From Hyphomicrobium sp. (GTDB lineage Bacteria > Pseudomonadota > Alphaproteobacteria > Rhizobiales > Hyphomicrobiaceae), in assembly GCF_035687085.1 (NCBI RefSeq), contig NZ_DASRYS010000014.1, positions 16,840 to 80,839 of the forward strand: DNA of 64,000 nucleotides, read 5' to 3'. The position numbers and the translations under genes were made by a program. Position 1 is the first letter of the stretch; every line of letters begins with the position of its first letter. Under the pieces are notes generated by a model that was given only the letters and a program-made list of their open reading frames with translations, was not told where the DNA came from and made no database searches. This document shows positions 8,609 to 17,022 of this stretch, one piece after another.

Positions 8609-8688
8609 GGGTAACGCCGCCGCGCGCCGCGTATGCTCGACCTGCTTTGCCTCCAGATTGCGCCTCCCGACTAACCTCGCTGCGCGCC

Positions 8689-9492
8689 TCAGCGCGGCGG
8701 CTGGGCAGACGTTCCCGAGCCCGGCTCCGCAACTTTGCGATGCTGGGACGCGAGCATCTCGGCTGGCGTGATATTGGCGATCGCAGTCTGCAGCTTGTTG
8801 TACCAGCCCGTCACCACATCGCCGTCGCCTTCCATCATGGCGCGGAAGCCAACTTCGGCCACATCGGCGGGATCGTCCTTTTTCATTTGGCCGAGCTTTG
8901 TATCTTTCAGCCCGGCGCGTTCGAAGAACTCCGTTTCGGTAGCGCCCGGCATGAGGCAGGTCACGGAGACGTTGTGATCCTTCAGCTCTTCGCGGATGGC
9001 GAAGGAGAATGAATCGATGAAGGCCTTCGATGCGTTGTAGACGGCGTTGAACGGGCCAGGCGAGAAGCCCGCAATCGATCCCGTGATCAGGATTTTGCCT
9101 TCCTTCCTGCTGCGCATCTGCTGCCCGATGCGCTGGATCATGTAGAGCGTACCGGTAATATTGGTGTCGAGGACGCGCTTTACGGCGCCAAAATCCTGGT
9201 CGAAGAAGCTCCCTCTTTCACCGCGTCCTGCGTTTGCGAGAAGAGCGTCTATCCGGCGGGAAGCGACTTTATCGAGAACCTTGTCGACGCCTTCGCGTTT
9301 GGCGAGATCGGCTTCGATCGCTTCCACACCCGTACCGAACCCCGACAGTTCGGCGGCAGCGTCGTTGATCCTGGGTTCGTCGGCCACGATTATGAGATTG
9401 TATCCGTTCTTCGCACAGCACTTTGCAAGCTCGTAGCCAATGCCGGTTGAGGCTCCGGTGACGAGAGCCGTCGGGCGCGTACTGGTAGCCAT
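8689..9492 (-). CDS. SDR family oxidoreductase
   Basis: TGASTGIG, LANAG, YNASK; start MATSTRPT after RBS GGAGG. Confidence 0.9.
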   Translation of the reverse strand: MATSTRPTALVTGASTGIGYELAKCCAKNGYNLIIVADEPRINDAAAELSGFGTGVEAIEADLAKREGVDKVLDKVASRRIDALLANAGRGERGSFFDQDFGAVKRVLDTNITGTLYMIQRIGQQMRSRKEGKILITGSIAGFSPGPFNAVYNASKAFIDSFSFAIREELKDHNVSVTCLMPGATETEFFERAGLKDTKLGQMKKDDPADVAEVGFRAMMEGDGDVVTGWYNKLQTAIANITPAEMLASQHRKVAEPGSGTSAQPPR

Positions 9493-9638
9493 ATTATCTT
9501 CCTCCAACAAATTTCATGCCCAGACAATGATGCTCCGGCATCGGGTACCTTTGTGCTCTGATAGAAGCGGCGCGCCCGAGGAAGGCGCTATCGAAGCGTC
9601 CTTTCCTGCGAGCGCGGTGCTCATCGCTTCCGTCAGTC

Positions 9639-9947
9639 TTACTTTCCGCTCGCCGGAGGCGACGTCTTATTGCCAGGATCGTTCAACTGGCTCGGCGAAA
9701 GCTCACCGGATTCGCGCGCATCCTGCTTCTCTTGCGGTGCAGTCGGCTCAGAGCTTCCGGATGCTCCACTGCTGGCTCCTGAACCAGGCGAGGTCGGGGC
9801 TTCGACCGGTGAGGACTGGTTCGTCGTCGATTTTTCGGAACCGGAGTTCCCCGGAGATACCGGGCCGCTCGACAATGACGACTGGCACCACGCGGGAGAC
9901 GAGAGCGTCATGCATACTGCAACAGCGAAGGGAAGGAATCTCTTCAT
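9639..9947 (-). CDS. Secreted Ser/Pro/Gly-rich hypothetical protein
   Basis: Signal peptide MKRFLPFAVAVCMTLSSPAWC; low-complexity body; perfect EcfG motif upstream. Confidence 0.65.
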   Translation of the reverse strand: MKRFLPFAVAVCMTLSSPAWCQSSLSSGPVSPGNSGSEKSTTNQSSPVEAPTSPGSGASSGASGSSEPTAPQEKQDARESGELSPSQLNDPGNKTSPPASGK

Positions 9948-9980
9948 GCGGGATCGATCCTTTGAAGTTTGTGCAGAAAA

Positions 9981-10005
9981 AACGGCCTCAAAGATCGCAG
10001 GTTCC
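9981..10005 (-). promoter_or_regulatory. Sigma-EcfG-type promoter (perfect consensus)
   Basis: GGAAC-N16-CGTT, 33 nt upstream of ATG 9947. Confidence 0.75.
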
Positions 10006-10037
10006 CAAACTCATCCGATTAGCAGCGGGGTTCTTCC

Positions 10038-11273
10038 TCACGTTGGAAAGGTGCGAGGCGCTCCTTGCAGTTGGGCACCTCCCCGGACCATAGAGAGGCC
10101 GATGTGCGCGGCGAGCGCGTGGCCCACCTCCGAAAAGCCTAGGCGCTCCAAGGATGCCGGCTCGCATCCTGGCGAGAACATCAGAACCGGAACCTGTTCG
10201 CGCGTGTGATCGGTCCCGTACCAAGTTGGATCGCACCCATGATCGGCTGTCAGAACGAGGAGATCATTGCGATTTAGCAGCGCGAGAAGTTCCGGCAGGC
10301 GGCGGTCGAACCTTTCCAGCGCGGCGGCATATCCGGTGACGTCGCGCCGATGGCCATAGAGCGAGTCGAAGTCGATGAAGTTAGCGACAAGCAGGCCGCC
10401 GTCGGCCAAGCTCTGAGTTGCCTCGAGCGTCCGATCGAATATCTCATCGTTGCCGTGCGCCTTGAAAACCCGCCCAGTGCCCGAATGCGCGAAGATATCG
10501 GCAATCTTACCGATGGTGGCGACATCCCGGTTTTCCTCCGACGCTTGATCCAAAAGCGTCGGCATGGGCGGCGGCAGGGAATAGTCGCGCCGGTTTCCCG
10601 TCCGCGTGAAATCTGCAGGTGTCGCCCCGGTGAACGGACGAGCAATGACGCGGCCTACCCGGTAGGGGTGGAGAAGCTCGCGCGCGAGCGTGCAAAGATC
10701 GTAAAGCCGGTCGAGCCCGAACGCCTCCTCGTGCGCCGCGATTTGGAACACGCTGTCCGCCGACGTGTAACAGATCGGCTGCCCCGTCCTTAAGTGCCTT
10801 TCGCCCAGCTGCGCTATGATCTCCGTTCCCGATGCGTGGCAATTCCCGAGCACACCGGAAATTCCGGCGCGCCGCGAAAATTCCGCAATCAGTTCGTCTG
10901 GAAAGCATGGGATGGTGCGGGGAAAATAACCCCAGTCAAACAGCACAGGTCCGCCTAACAGCTCCCAGTGGCCCGACGGCGTATCCTTGCCATAGGACGA
11001 TTCCGACGCGCAGCCGTAGCGGCCGAAAGCTTCGGGTGCGTCGAGGCCCGTCGGCGTGAACCCGGTGGCGAGCTTGCATGCCTTTCCAAGCCCGAGGCGG
11101 GTGAGGTTTGGAACGTTGAGCTGCCCCCGACGTCCTGCGGCGTCGCAGCGGCCCTCTCGGCAGGCTTCAGCGATGTGCCCGACTGTATTCGCTCCTGCAT
11201 CGCCGTAGCGCTCGGCATCCGGTGCGCCTCCGATGCCGACCGAGTCCAAGACGAGCAGCATAGCGCGCGGCAC
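10038..11273 (-). CDS. deoB: Phosphopentomutase
   Basis: [17 protein letters not shown] (phospho-Thr), [41 protein letters not shown]; 411 aa. Confidence 0.92.
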   Translation of the reverse strand: MPRAMLLVLDSVGIGGAPDAERYGDAGANTVGHIAEACREGRCDAAGRRGQLNVPNLTRLGLGKACKLATGFTPTGLDAPEAFGRYGCASESSYGKDTPSGHWELLGGPVLFDWGYFPRTIPCFPDELIAEFSRRAGISGVLGNCHASGTEIIAQLGERHLRTGQPICYTSADSVFQIAAHEEAFGLDRLYDLCTLARELLHPYRVGRVIARPFTGATPADFTRTGNRRDYSLPPPMPTLLDQASEENRDVATIGKIADIFAHSGTGRVFKAHGNDEIFDRTLEATQSLADGGLLVANFIDFDSLYGHRRDVTGYAAALERFDRRLPELLALLNRNDLLVLTADHGCDPTWYGTDHTREQVPVLMFSPGCEPASLERLGFSEVGHALAAHIGLSMVRGGAQLQGAPRTFPT

Positions 11274-11291
11274 GGAACATATCCTTGCGTC

Positions 11292-12212
11292 TCAAGCGGC
11301 CTGCATCGCAGCTGGCTGCGCGATTGCCGCATTGTAGCGGCGGATCATCGATCCGCAGAACTCCGCGAATTCTTCAGCGACTAAAGGCGGGCTCGTGTGA
11401 TGAGGCGCCAAGCCCCGATGCTCGGGCGTAAAGCAGAAGGTCACAGTCACGTTGAAGTCGCTGAGGGCAGCCATCTGCCGGTCGAACCAAGCAAGCGCAT
11501 TTGGCCGGAAACTGTCAGCCCAGGACAACCCGGTGCGTACGTGTTTCACGCCGAGCCGCTTCATCCATACGACTGCATCTTCGAGACGATGATCTTCGTA
11601 GTGGAACCATTGGCAAAGGCCGAGCTCCGGTGTGAGGCTTGCAAATGTTTCCGCAGCCGGTTTCGGCGCGCCGTCCTCGCGCAAAATCCCCATATGGAAA
11701 TGTCGGTAATAGGAGGAGCCCTCGGCTTCCTTGTGCCGTGTCGTTGCTTCCCAGGTCTTGGGAAGATCGTAAAGGCTGTACCAATGGATGCGCTCGGTCA
11801 TGCCACTGAGCAGCTCAGCCGTTCGCTTCAGGCCCCAGTCTTGGACTTCGTCGGCTCCGAAGGACGATACGCCGACCTCAGTGACCCAAAGCGGCAGCTG
11901 GGTTACTGCGCGTATCTCGGCGAGCTTCGCAGGCCATTCGTCGATCGACCATAGATTCCAGTCGAGGGGGAAGCCATGCACCGCCACGACATCGACAGCA
12001 TCGAGGACGCCATAGCGTTCCATGCGGGTGATGAAGTTCGGATCGATCGGCGAGATCCCTCCGAGAACACGCTTCAAATGCGCGCTTTCCCGACGGATCG
12101 CACGCCCTGCGAGGACCGCCGTCTCACCGAAGCGCTGCCACTCAGGATCGAGCTCAGGGTCCCAGTGCGATTTGTTGTTGGGTTCGTTCCAAATCATAGC
12201 GGCTTCGATCAT
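11292..12212 (-). CDS. Clan GH-A glycoside hydrolase (beta-xylosidase-like), apparently circularly permuted
   Basis: WNEP acid/base motif at residues 8-11, AVHGFP, LWVTEVG nucleophile; LGVKHVRTGLSW and FCFTP lie at the C-terminus. Confidence 0.75.
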   Translation of the reverse strand: MIEAAMIWNEPNNKSHWDPELDPEWQRFGETAVLAGRAIRRESAHLKRVLGGISPIDPNFITRMERYGVLDAVDVVAVHGFPLDWNLWSIDEWPAKLAEIRAVTQLPLWVTEVGVSSFGADEVQDWGLKRTAELLSGMTERIHWYSLYDLPKTWEATTRHKEAEGSSYYRHFHMGILREDGAPKPAAETFASLTPELGLCQWFHYEDHRLEDAVVWMKRLGVKHVRTGLSWADSFRPNALAWFDRQMAALSDFNVTVTFCFTPEHRGLAPHHTSPPLVAEEFAEFCGSMIRRYNAAIAQPAAMQAA

Positions 12213-12967
12213 GTGGCACTCCGAGCGGGATACACGGGGGAATGAGCGGCGGGAGCACGCTGACGCCGGCAGATATAGACCTCCTGCTCAGGGTGTTCGA
12301 TGACGTCAAAGCCGGCGCTTCTCAGCATCGCTTCGCTGCATGCATGGTTCGGCACCCACCAATTGGTGGGATCGTTGGCGTAGCTGTGCTCGACGAAGTG
12401 CAGCTTCGGATATCCGGGTTGATCGAAGTGGTCGCTGCGCCAGAAATCGTAGTTAGCTGCCACGGGTTCGACATCGTCGGAGCCCCGCTGCATGGTTTGG
12501 AAAACAAGAATATCGCCTGCCACGTGCTCACGAATGAGATCGAGTGCGAGCAGCGGGTGCCGCAGGTGATAAAGCACACCCATAAAGAGGACGATTTCGA
12601 ACTGACGGCCGAGCCTGGCCACGTCGTAGACCGACAGTCTCTCGAACTCGATGTCCTCGCCCAATGTACGGGCGGCGAGACGCGCCTGAGCGAGATAGCG
12701 ATCGTCGAAGTCGATGCCAACGACTTCCTTTGCGCCGAGCCGCTTCATCTCAATCGAATAGAAGCCGGCATTACAGCCGATATCCAGCACGCTTCGGCCG
12801 CGCACTTGATCTTCAATGGCCGACTTGAAGCGCCGCCATTTTATCGAAGGATAGTCGCCCAGGGGATGATCCGGCGCTGTCTCCACCGCATCCAACTTCA
12901 TATTATGAAACCAAGGCCGGAGAGCCTCCACCTCGTGGCGCAACGCCTCGGGGGATGCGCCATGCAT
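12209..12967 (-). CDS. Class I SAM methyltransferase (TIGR04290-like, CmoB-related)
   Basis: WFHNM.L, VLDIGCNAGFYS, FEIVLFMGVLYHLRHPLLALD, DPTNWWVPN; start overlaps the upstream stop (TGATG). Confidence 0.85.
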   Translation of the reverse strand: MHGASPEALRHEVEALRPWFHNMKLDAVETAPDHPLGDYPSIKWRRFKSAIEDQVRGRSVLDIGCNAGFYSIEMKRLGAKEVVGIDFDDRYLAQARLAARTLGEDIEFERLSVYDVARLGRQFEIVLFMGVLYHLRHPLLALDLIREHVAGDILVFQTMQRGSDDVEPVAANYDFWRSDHFDQPGYPKLHFVEHSYANDPTNWWVPNHACSEAMLRSAGFDVIEHPEQEVYICRRQRAPAAHSPVYPARSAT

Positions 12968-13773
12968 CAGCATGCGTTATCTCTCCTCTCGATGGTCTCG
13001 CTTCTCGCCACTGGCTCGGGAGTTGGAGTTTCGGCCACCGCCTGATCCGTTCCAAGGTGCTTGAGCGCCTCGGTGGCATCGCGATAGCCGCGCGGCGTTC
13101 CAACATCCGCATACGCAGTGCCGATCCGGAAGCCGCGAGCCGTGCCGCCTTGCGCAAGATAAGCATTGATGAGTGTGCCCAGATACTCGTCCTGCCGGTT
13201 GCGTTGGAGCCAGAGCCGATGCAGTTCTTCAAAGACCTTCGCGGAGAGCTTGATCGCCCCCCAAACCCAGTTGGTCTCGGGCACTTCCTGTTTGACCTGA
13301 ATTTCAAGGACGTGCTGCTCGTCATCAAGGACAACGGCGTCAAAGAACTCCGGGTGTATTGAGGGAAATAATATGAATCCCAGCTCACACGGCGGAATGT
13401 CTAGGTATGCCGTTTCGGGGAACCAGATCGTGTCGGGAAGGCCAATGAGCACGTCTTCATGAGGCGCGATAAGCGGCGATGCCCTAAAGAGTGCATCACA
13501 GAGGCCGTTCGGATCCGCCTGGACGGCATAGACGACATCAGCGCTGCCGTAGTGACCACCGAAATATTCAAGGATGTCGGATTTCCCCGAAGAGATAATA
13601 AAGCAGAGCTTCTCTGCGCCACCGATGAGCATGCGCTGGAGGAGATATTCACTCACCGCTAGCGGCCGCTCGGCTCCGCCAGCCATCGAGCTGCCGAGAG
13701 GCAGAAGCTCCTTCGAAAAGCCCAATGGTTGCATACGCGTGCCGCGGCCGGCTGCTGGAATAATTCCCCACAT
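12967..13773 (-). CDS. Sugar-phosphate nucleotidyltransferase
   Basis: IIPAAGRGTRM, SKELLP, Q..PNGLCDA, GLPD, DVGT; 268 aa. Confidence 0.88.
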   Translation of the reverse strand: MWGIIPAAGRGTRMQPLGFSKELLPLGSSMAGGAERPLAVSEYLLQRMLIGGAEKLCFIISSGKSDILEYFGGHYGSADVVYAVQADPNGLCDALFRASPLIAPHEDVLIGLPDTIWFPETAYLDIPPCELGFILFPSIHPEFFDAVVLDDEQHVLEIQVKQEVPETNWVWGAIKLSAKVFEELHRLWLQRNRQDEYLGTLINAYLAQGGTARGFRIGTAYADVGTPRGYRDATEALKHLGTDQAVAETPTPEPVARSETIERRDNAC

Positions 13774-14864
13774 CAGGCAGACTCCGCGAATGCTTGCCGC
13801 TCAAGCGGCGCCTCCCAAAGAATTCGTAAAAGCTCGTCGGCACGATGATCTGACGTATGCGCTGCAAGTGTGCGTTCACGCGCCGCTTCACCAATTCTCG
13901 CAAGTTGCTGATCGGTGGCATCGAGCGCCTCCAGAACGTCCTGCTCGTTACGCACGAGCAGGACTTCGCGCCCTGGCTCATAAAAAGCGCTTATTCCCTC
14001 CCATGCATCTGACAGGATCGCAGTGCCGCACGCGGCAGCTTCGAAGAGCCGCCCGGATGGACACCAACCCGAACGCGCCATCGCCATGCGCGTAACGTTG
14101 AGCGTCAAACGGGATGACGCAAAGAAAGCGGGATGCTCCGTCGGCGGCAAATGGCGCACGAAATATAGATTTGCAAGCCAGGGGAAATTATCTGGATATT
14201 GCGCGCCGCCGATGAGGAAGCGAAGGTCTGTTCTCGCGGCAGCTGGCTTGAGAAATAGTTCCGTGAGTGCCGCCTGACGATCGTGCGCATAGGTTCCGAG
14301 GTACGAGAGATGCGAGCGATATTGGTACATGGCTGGAACCGGCCGATACTGCTTTGGGTCGACGTGCCCGTAGAGCGGGGCCACTCGCCGCGCTCCGAGT
14401 TCGCGCCGTAGCTCATCAAGCGTCTTGCCGCCGGTATAACTCAACACAAGATCGAATTGGGTTAGACCCTGCGGCCCGATATAGTCAACGTTCCGCCCAC
14501 TGCTGATTGCATCCAACGTCACCGGCGTATCGAGATCATAGAAAACAAGGAGGCCGCGAGCGTCTTCGGCCAGTCGCGCAGCGGCTACGGCGTCGGGGCA
14601 GTAGGAGGTAACGAGAATTGCATCCGCTTCAGCAATCTCCTGCTTTGCTTGCGCAAGGACGGTGTCCCAATCGCTGTAGATGACAAGATCACCGTAATCG
14701 ATGCCGGAGATGTCTCGCGAATCCGAATAATAGGGAACGTCACGCTCGAAAAACGTCACGGCGCAATGCCTTCGGTGCAAGGCATCGATCAGCCCACGCC
14801 AAAGTGTTGCATGGCCATTGCCCCACGATGACGACATCGAGAGGCCAAAGATGACAAGTTTCAA
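13773..14864 (-). CDS. CgeB-family glycosyltransferase
   Basis: SSSWGNGHATLWRGL, YDLDTPVT, YLGTYAHDRQ, PSGRLFEAAACG, SDAWEG; TTG start overlaps the upstream TGA. Confidence 0.85.
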   Translation of the reverse strand: MKLVIFGLSMSSSWGNGHATLWRGLIDALHRRHCAVTFFERDVPYYSDSRDISGIDYGDLVIYSDWDTVLAQAKQEIAEADAILVTSYCPDAVAAARLAEDARGLLVFYDLDTPVTLDAISSGRNVDYIGPQGLTQFDLVLSYTGGKTLDELRRELGARRVAPLYGHVDPKQYRPVPAMYQYRSHLSYLGTYAHDRQAALTELFLKPAAARTDLRFLIGGAQYPDNFPWLANLYFVRHLPPTEHPAFFASSRLTLNVTRMAMARSGWCPSGRLFEAAACGTAILSDAWEGISAFYEPGREVLLVRNEQDVLEALDATDQQLARIGEAARERTLAAHTSDHRADELLRILWEAPLERQAFAESA

Positions 14865-15442
14865 GCCGCAATCCTTTGGTCGAGCTCCATCTGGCCTGAA
14901 GGTTCGACCGCGATGGTCGTGATAGATCCGTAGGGCACATCGACGCGATTCCAATCGTCGAGCGGCAGCGACAAACAATGCAGGATGACCGCTCGAATGA
15001 GCTCAGCGTGCGTGACCATGATGATGGGCGCGGATGGATTGTCCGCTGCCGTCCGCCGGATATGATTCAGGATGCGCTCCTGAACCTCCATCATGGATTC
15101 GCCATCCGGCGCCCGCGCATTGGTGCGCTGCTCGTTCCACAGCCTCCAGGCGGGATCTCGGTCCAGAGACGCGAATGTGCGCCCCTGCCAGACGCCAAAG
15201 TCGACTTCGTCAAGTGCCGTGATTTTTGCGGCGATCCGGCCGGTCGCGAAGACATGAGGCGCAATCGTCTGAAGGCAGCGCCGGCGCGGGCTGGACTGCA
15301 GGATCGCATTGCGGGGCAATAGTCGCGTGAGGCTTGCCGCCTGCTTTTCGCCGCCTGCCGAGAGCGTGCATTCGGACCGGCCCGCCAAGTGGCGCATGCC
15401 GAAGTCAAACGCCGCATGCCGCACGAGGAAGCATACTGCCAT
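14861..15442 (-). CDS. Histidine phosphatase family protein
   Basis: LVRHA, SSPRRRCLQT, LDEVDFGVWQG, GES, VTHAELIR; 193 aa. Confidence 0.85.
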   Translation of the reverse strand: MAVCFLVRHAAFDFGMRHLAGRSECTLSAGGEKQAASLTRLLPRNAILQSSPRRRCLQTIAPHVFATGRIAAKITALDEVDFGVWQGRTFASLDRDPAWRLWNEQRTNARAPDGESMMEVQERILNHIRRTAADNPSAPIIMVTHAELIRAVILHCLSLPLDDWNRVDVPYGSITTIAVEPSGQMELDQRIAA

Positions 15443-15452
15443 GCTTTCTCCT

Positions 15453-16547
15453 TTAGGCGTCGCCCGCGACGAACTGCAAAGTGCGCTCGCGAGCCTCGCA
15501 ATCTTCGAACTGCTGCGGCGGAGACTTCATGAAGTAACTTGAGGGGCCGATGAGAGGACCTCCAATTCCCCGCTCCAGGGCTAGCTTCGCGCAGCGAACA
15601 GCATCAATCACAACCCCCGCAGAATTTGGCGAATCCCATACCTCGAGCTTTACCTCCGCGCTCAAAGGAACGCCGCCGAATGCCGTTCCCTCTAGCCGGA
15701 TGTAGGCAATCTTGCGATCAGTGAGCCATGGTACGTGATCGCTCGGACCGACATGTACATTCTCAGGCGCCGGTGGATCCTCGATCAGAGACGTTACTGC
15801 GCGGGTCTTCGATAGTTTCTTCGACTCAAGGCGCTCGCGCTCGAGCATATTCATGAAATCGGAGTTGCCTCCAAAGTTCAGCTGATACGTACGATCGAGC
15901 TGCACGCCGCGGTCACGAAAGAGGCTCGCGAGCGCCCGGTGGACGATTGTCGCTCCTACTTGGCTTTTGATGTCGTCGCCAATGAGCGGAATCCCGCGCT
16001 CGGTGAATTTCGCGGCCCAGCGGGGGTCTGAAGCAATGAAGACTGGTATGCAGTTGATGAACGCGCATCCGGCCGCCAACGATTGTTCGGCATAATATTC
16101 AGTCGCTCGCTGCGAGCCCACCGGCAAATATGAAACTAGGACATGGGTGCCGGTTTCCTCGAGCACCTCAGCCACCGTCACCGGCTCTTCGCAGGATTCC
16201 GGAATTTGGTCTTTTAGATATTTTCCAAGGCCATCGAATGTCGGGCCTCGCCGAACGCTGCAGCCTAGCTGCGGAACGGCCGCAAACTTCATAGTGTTGT
16301 TCGGCGCGACAGCAATTGCATCGGAAACGTCCTTGCCAACTTTGCCGGCGTGCACATCGAATGCGCTGGAAATTACGATGTCAGCAACGCTAACGCCTCC
16401 AATGTCAGCACTCATCAGACCCGGCATCGGCGTATTCCCGACATTGCTGCCGTAGTAAGTCAGGCCCTGGACGAATGAGGAGGCGCAATTGCCGACGCCG
16501 ACCAAACCGACGCGCACAGATCTTGATGAGGAGCAGTCTTTTGGCAT
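15453..16547 (-). CDS. ino1: Inositol-3-phosphate synthase
   Basis: [59 protein letters not shown]; 364 aa. Confidence 0.93.
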   Translation of the reverse strand: MPKDCSSSRSVRVGLVGVGNCASSFVQGLTYYGSNVGNTPMPGLMSADIGGVSVADIVISSAFDVHAGKVGKDVSDAIAVAPNNTMKFAAVPQLGCSVRRGPTFDGLGKYLKDQIPESCEEPVTVAEVLEETGTHVLVSYLPVGSQRATEYYAEQSLAAGCAFINCIPVFIASDPRWAAKFTERGIPLIGDDIKSQVGATIVHRALASLFRDRGVQLDRTYQLNFGGNSDFMNMLERERLESKKLSKTRAVTSLIEDPPAPENVHVGPSDHVPWLTDRKIAYIRLEGTAFGGVPLSAEVKLEVWDSPNSAGVVIDAVRCAKLALERGIGGPLIGPSSYFMKSPPQQFEDCEARERTLQFVAGDA

Positions 16548-16585
16548 CGATCACTCAAGACCAGGCACAGACTTCACAAGGTACA

Positions 16586-16610
16586 AACAATGGCTTTCTG
16601 GGTTGGTTCC
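16586..16610 (-). promoter_or_regulatory. Sigma-EcfG-type promoter for the ino1-to-deoB unit
   Basis: GGAAC-N16-TGTT, 38 nt upstream of ATG 16547. Confidence 0.6.
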
Positions 16611-16625
16611 TCCGCATTGCGATAT

Positions 16626-16650
16626 GGAACTGAGGTTAGGCCGCGAGGTT
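16626..16650 (+). promoter_or_regulatory. Sigma-EcfG-type promoter for the divergent three-gene unit
   Basis: GGAAC-N16-GGTT, 36 nt upstream of ATG 16687. Confidence 0.6.
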
Positions 16651-16686
16651 CATCGCAAGATCCATTCAGTTGGAGGAGCATCGAAC

Positions 16687-16959
16687 ATGAGCGCATCTAG
16701 CGAGAAGACCACCGATCACAAGAAAATCCGGAAATGGATAGAGGAGCGCGATGGTCATCCTGCCGTCGTGAAAAGTACGGAAAGCGACGAGGGCGGCGTC
16801 CTGCGCGTGGATTTTCAAGAGCCTGATGAATCTCTCGAGGAGATCTCTTGGGATCGCTTTTTCGATATTTTCGATTCGAGGAAGCTGGCATTCCTTTACC
16901 AAGACACCTTGTCTGACGGTAAAAAGAGCCGGTTCAATAAATTTGTCTCCCGCGATTGA
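16687..16959 (+). CDS. Small conserved-looking hypothetical protein (90 aa)
   Basis: RBS GGAGGAG; TTDHKKIRKWIEERDGHPA, LRVDF, EEISWDRFF..F, LAFLYQD, SRFNKFVSR. Confidence 0.75.
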   Translation: MSASSEKTTDHKKIRKWIEERDGHPAVVKSTESDEGGVLRVDFQEPDESLEEISWDRFFDIFDSRKLAFLYQDTLSDGKKSRFNKFVSRD

Positions 16960-17022
16960 GAGCGAGTAGGTGCGCTTTGTTGCGCCGTTCGCCTGAAAGA
17001 TCCTCTTACGGATCGTATCTGG

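Noticed and set aside
9521-9550. GGTAC-N15-CATT upstream of the SDR at 9492
   Set aside because: The spacer is too short and both boxes are mismatched, so it was not counted as an EcfG promoter.
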